Positions 60,592 to 64,000 of a DNA stretch of 64,000 bases are shown here, one piece after another; position 1 is the first letter of the stretch, and every line of letters starts with the position of its first letter. The notes under the pieces were generated by a model. The model was given only the letters and a program-made list of their open reading frames with translations. It did no database searches and was not told the origin of the DNA. The stretch is from an uncultured Gemmatimonadales bacterium (GTDB taxonomy: Bacteria; Gemmatimonadota; Gemmatimonadetes; Gemmatimonadales; Gemmatimonadaceae). A program made the position numbers and the translations under genes. The DNA lies in the NCBI GenBank assembly GCA_963793305.1, contig CAWBZV010000003.1:288001-352000 (forward strand), given 5' to 3'.

Positions 60592-62492
60592 ATGCGAACT
60601 GTGCGAACGGTGGGAACAGTGCTGGGCGCGATCGCCGCACTCACGGTCGCCGCACTCGGCTTCGCACCGCTCATCGCCTGCGCACCCGCGAACTGCGCGC
60701 TCCGGGCCGAGTGGCTGAGCGGCACGTCCATCGTCATAGGCGCCGGCGTTATCTACGAGATTCTGTCGCGCCGCTGGTCGCCCAAGTTTCCCACGATCCC
60801 ACTCCCGAGCGAGTGGTCGGTCGCCGCCGTGGCGTTCGTTGTCTACGCCGTCGGTCGCCGCGTTCGTGTTCCAACGCCGCCCGATCCTGATCGACGAGAT
60901 CGCGCTCGTTCACCAGGCCGAGATCTTCGCCAGCGGCCACCTGTGGCTTCCGGCCCCGGCACACCCGGAGTTCTTCTCGACCCTACAGATGGTCACGGCG
61001 AACGGCCGCGTGTACTCGCAGTACCCGCCGGGCGGCCCGGCGATGCTCGTGCCATTCGTGCTCGCCCACGCAAGCTGGCTCGCCGGACCATTCTTCGGCG
61101 CGCTCAGCGTCCTGGCGTTCGCCGCGTTTCTGAGGGCGGCCGAACCGAACCCGCGCGTGCGCCTCGGCGCGCTCGCCCTGTTCGCGTTCGCCCCGTTCGT
61201 CGCATTCATGTCGGGCACGCACATGAGCTGCGTGTCGACGCTGGCGTGGATCCTCGCGGGCGCGGCGGCGATTGCGCACGCGGCCCAGGCGGAGAGCCCG
61301 CGCCCATGGCTCGCGTTTGCCGGGGGATTCGCATTCGGCGTCGCCGCCACCATACGTCCGGCTGACACGCTGGCCTTTGCGATCCCGGCCGGGATCTGGT
61401 CGTTGCGCCGCTGGCCGAACGCGCTCGCCGCGGCCGCCGGCGTCGCGATCCCGGTCGGCCTCATGATGCTCGTGAACGCGAAAACGACCGGCGGCCCGCT
61501 GCTATTCGGCTACGAAGTCTTCTGGGGCAAAGGCCACGAGTTGGGTTTTCACGAGTCGCCGCTTGGCCACATGCACACGCCGGAGGAGGGCCTGCGCTTC
61601 GTCTCGGCGTATTTTCTTCAGCTCAACAAGTATCTCTTCGAGACGCCGATCCCGTCGCTGCTCCCCGCGATCGCCGCCCTGACGTTCGTCCGCCGAATTG
61701 AGACCGCAGATAAGTACCTCCTGGCGTCGGCCGCTCTTCTCACCGTGATCTACGCCGCCTACTGGCACCAGGGATTTTTTCTCGGGCCGCGCTTCTTCTT
61801 TGCGCTCGCGCCGATGTTCGCGCTCTGGACCGCACGACTGCCGACGCTCGTCACCTCTCGCGCGATGGCGGCCGCACTCGTCGCGAGCTTTCTCATCGCC
61901 GCTTTGGTTGGGATCCCCGCGCGCGCCACGCAGTGGGCGTCGAGCTTCGCGACCGAGCGGTGGGCACAGCCCAATGTCGCGCGACGCGCGGGCGTGCACG
62001 ATGCGCTCGTGTTCGTGCGCGAAGGCTGGGAAGCGGAGCTCGTGGCCCGCATGTGGGCCCTCGGCGTGCCGCCAGCCTCCGTCGAGCGCATAGTGCTGGC
62101 GACCGATGCCTGCCGACTCGATAGCGCGATCACGGCGCTCGAAGCGCTCGACTCTTCGCCCGAGCGCGCCGAGCAGGCGCTCCTGCCATTGTTGGGCGAC
62201 TCGGCGCTCGTGCACAGAGTTGCCGTCGGTCCAGGCGCCAATATCCCGATCCAAGCCGGTTACGCGTATCCGGAGTCGTGTACGCGCCAGGTGACACTAT
62301 CCGCGCGTGGCGTCACACCCCTCTGCGCCGGAATCGGTCCTCGATGATGGCAATGTCTACGCGCGCGATCTAGGCGCTCGCGACACGCTGCTGCTCGTGA
62401 CATATCGGAACCGACCAGTGTTCGTGCTCGAACCATCGAGCAACGCATCGGACGCGTTGCCATCGTTCTCGCCGTTTCTAACACGTCGGTAA
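60592..62492 (+). CDS. GT-C (ArnT/PMT-like) membrane glycosyltransferase; frameshifts near 60850 and 62320
   Basis: IDE..LV.QA.IFA.G, YSQYPPG.P, IRP.D, GPRFF; many TMs. Confidence 0.7.
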
Positions 62493-62516
62493 GGCGCGTG
62501 CTATATTCGCGCCGCC

Positions 62517-63873
62517 ATGTTCCGTCTGCTTGCTGCATTGTTCGTGTGCGCGAGCGCCGTGTGCGCGAGGGCGATGCACGCGCAACTGGCCACCGCTGTC
62601 GGTGTCGTCGTCGACAGCGTGCGCGGCCGCCCGCTCGTCGGCGCGACGGTCGTCGTCTCTGGCGTCGAGTCCCAAGGGGTCTCCGACTCGTCGGGCCGAT
62701 TCCGCATTCGATAGCATCCCCCCTGGGGATCACACGATGGCCGTCCTGCACCCATTTCTCGACGAGATGGGGCTGACGTTGACCACGAACAAGATCTCCT
62801 TCGCGCCTGGCACGACGATGGCCGTGGTCTTGGCCACCCCGTCGGCGCAGACGTGGATTGGGCGCCGGTGCTCCGACGCCGAGCGCCAGGATGGCCCGGA
62901 CGCCATCCTCGGTCACGTGCTGCAACTCACGGGTGACGACCCGGTCACCGGGGCACTCGTGCATTACTCCGGTATTGTGATCGTGGCTGGCAAGGATGTT
63001 GGGTTTCATCACGCGACGATCACCCGCGACGCGTCCGCGACCCAAAGTGGCGCCTTCATTGTCTGCGGCATCCCGCAGGGTGCGCTGGGCACGATTCGGG
63101 CGTCGAAAGGACGCGTCAGCACCGGCGAGCTACCGGCGGATTTGTCGAGCGCCGCACTCGCGTCGGTGACCTTACGATTGGCGAGCGACGACACGCTTCC
63201 GACGCACGCGGGCGTCGTGACCGGTCGGATCGTGGACGACAAGGGCGCGCCCGTGCCCGCGGCGCGCGTCACGCTGCATGGAACCGATCACTCCACGCAA
63301 ACCTCGGACAGCGGCTCGTTCGCGATGCGCGAGTTGCCGTTGGGCTCGCAACTGCTCGACATCGAGAAGGTCGGCTTCCCGCGGACGGCGACGCCGGTGA
63401 CGGTCCTCGGCCCGCAGCAGCCGGCGGTCATCTCGATCGCGCTCGCGGCCCCGCCCCCACTGTCAGGGGACGCGGCCCTCGTGGGCGTGGGTTTCGCGCG
63501 GCGGCGCGCGGCCGGGGGCGGCGTGTTTATTACCGCCGACACGATCGCAAAGCGCAAAGCACGATATATCGCCGATTTGCAGCCGCTCATGCCGGGGCTG
63601 ATCATGACACCTACGAATCGCGGCCCGGTTCTCATGCCGACCTACTCGGGCATGGCGCGCTGCGTCTTCTACCTCGTCGACGGGTACCCGTATCGGTTTT
63701 ACCGCGGCGCCGGACAGATCAACGATGACTGGCCGGCGGCGAATATCCTGGGGATCGAGTACTACGAGTACGGTCACATCCCGAAGGAGCTCATGGACAA
63801 GATCATCACGCCGGGGTTCCCGCGTTGTTCGATGATCGCCATCTGGACGGGTCGGGGCGGCGGCTCGACTTGA
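62517..63873 (+). CDS. Secreted carboxypeptidase-regulatory-like (Ig) repeat protein with plug-like C-terminus; frameshift near 62705
   Basis: GVVVDS..GRPL.GATV, GRIVDDKGAPV..ARV, GF.RRR..G.G.FIT, IEYY, C..IAIWT. Confidence 0.75.
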
Positions 63874-63878
63874 GACGC

Positions 63879-64000
63879 GTGCGCCGTGCATGGCTGGTCG
63901 TGGCTCTCTGTGCTGCGCCACTCGCCGCTCAGCAGCCCGCGGCATCACCCTATGCGGTGCTTGCCGGCGTTGTCGTCGACAGCATTCACGGCGGGCCGCT
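63879..64000 (+). CDS. Start of a paralogous secreted Ig-like protein, truncated by window edge
   Basis: Signal peptide, then LAGVVVDSIHGGP resembling the preceding gene's first domain. Confidence 0.6.
   Translation, partial: MRRAWLVVALCAAPLAAQQPAASPYAVLAGVVVDSIHGGP

Noticed and set aside
13133..62714. Programmed frameshifting or mass pseudogenisation (hisD, hisH, M16, ABC-F, M56, response regulator, mnmG and others)
   Set aside because: Scattered indels in housekeeping genes with otherwise intact motifs and no shared slippery site; long-read error is simpler, and read polishing would settle it

Overview
GC-rich, very gene-dense bacterial chromosome segment. The gene repertoire (lipoprotein plastocyanin, ADOP-type ABC permeases, carboxypeptidase-regulatory/plug proteins, BlaI/M56) suggests Gemmatimonadota; this is an inference. 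About a dozen genes, including mnmG, hisD and hisH, carry frameshifts that look like long-read indel errors. No phage, IS, CRISPR or rRNA was seen. Two things stand out. (1) A two-gene operon at 22253-24834 resembles a remote, rearranged copper membrane monooxygenase (pMMO/AMO). One membrane protein has both PmoC-type copper motifs at the right spacing, fused to a PmoA-like half. It is followed by a protein with PmoB-like topology and a predicted N-terminal His. (2) A ~700-nt structured ncRNA cluster (3160-3816) lies in front of Ro60/Rsr and RtcB. It contains tRNA-like RNAs whose anticodon arm is replaced by a repeated Ro-binding-like helix, making them candidate circularly permuted Y RNAs. 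Also present: a complete his operon with an unannotated His-rich leader and attenuator, a perfect Rex-type operator, BlaI and PadR operator arrays, a sigma54 two-component/ABC export cluster with a collapsed permease minigene, a probably inactive (p)ppGpp-hydrolase-like HD protein, and divergent gene pairs that appear to share one CATG.
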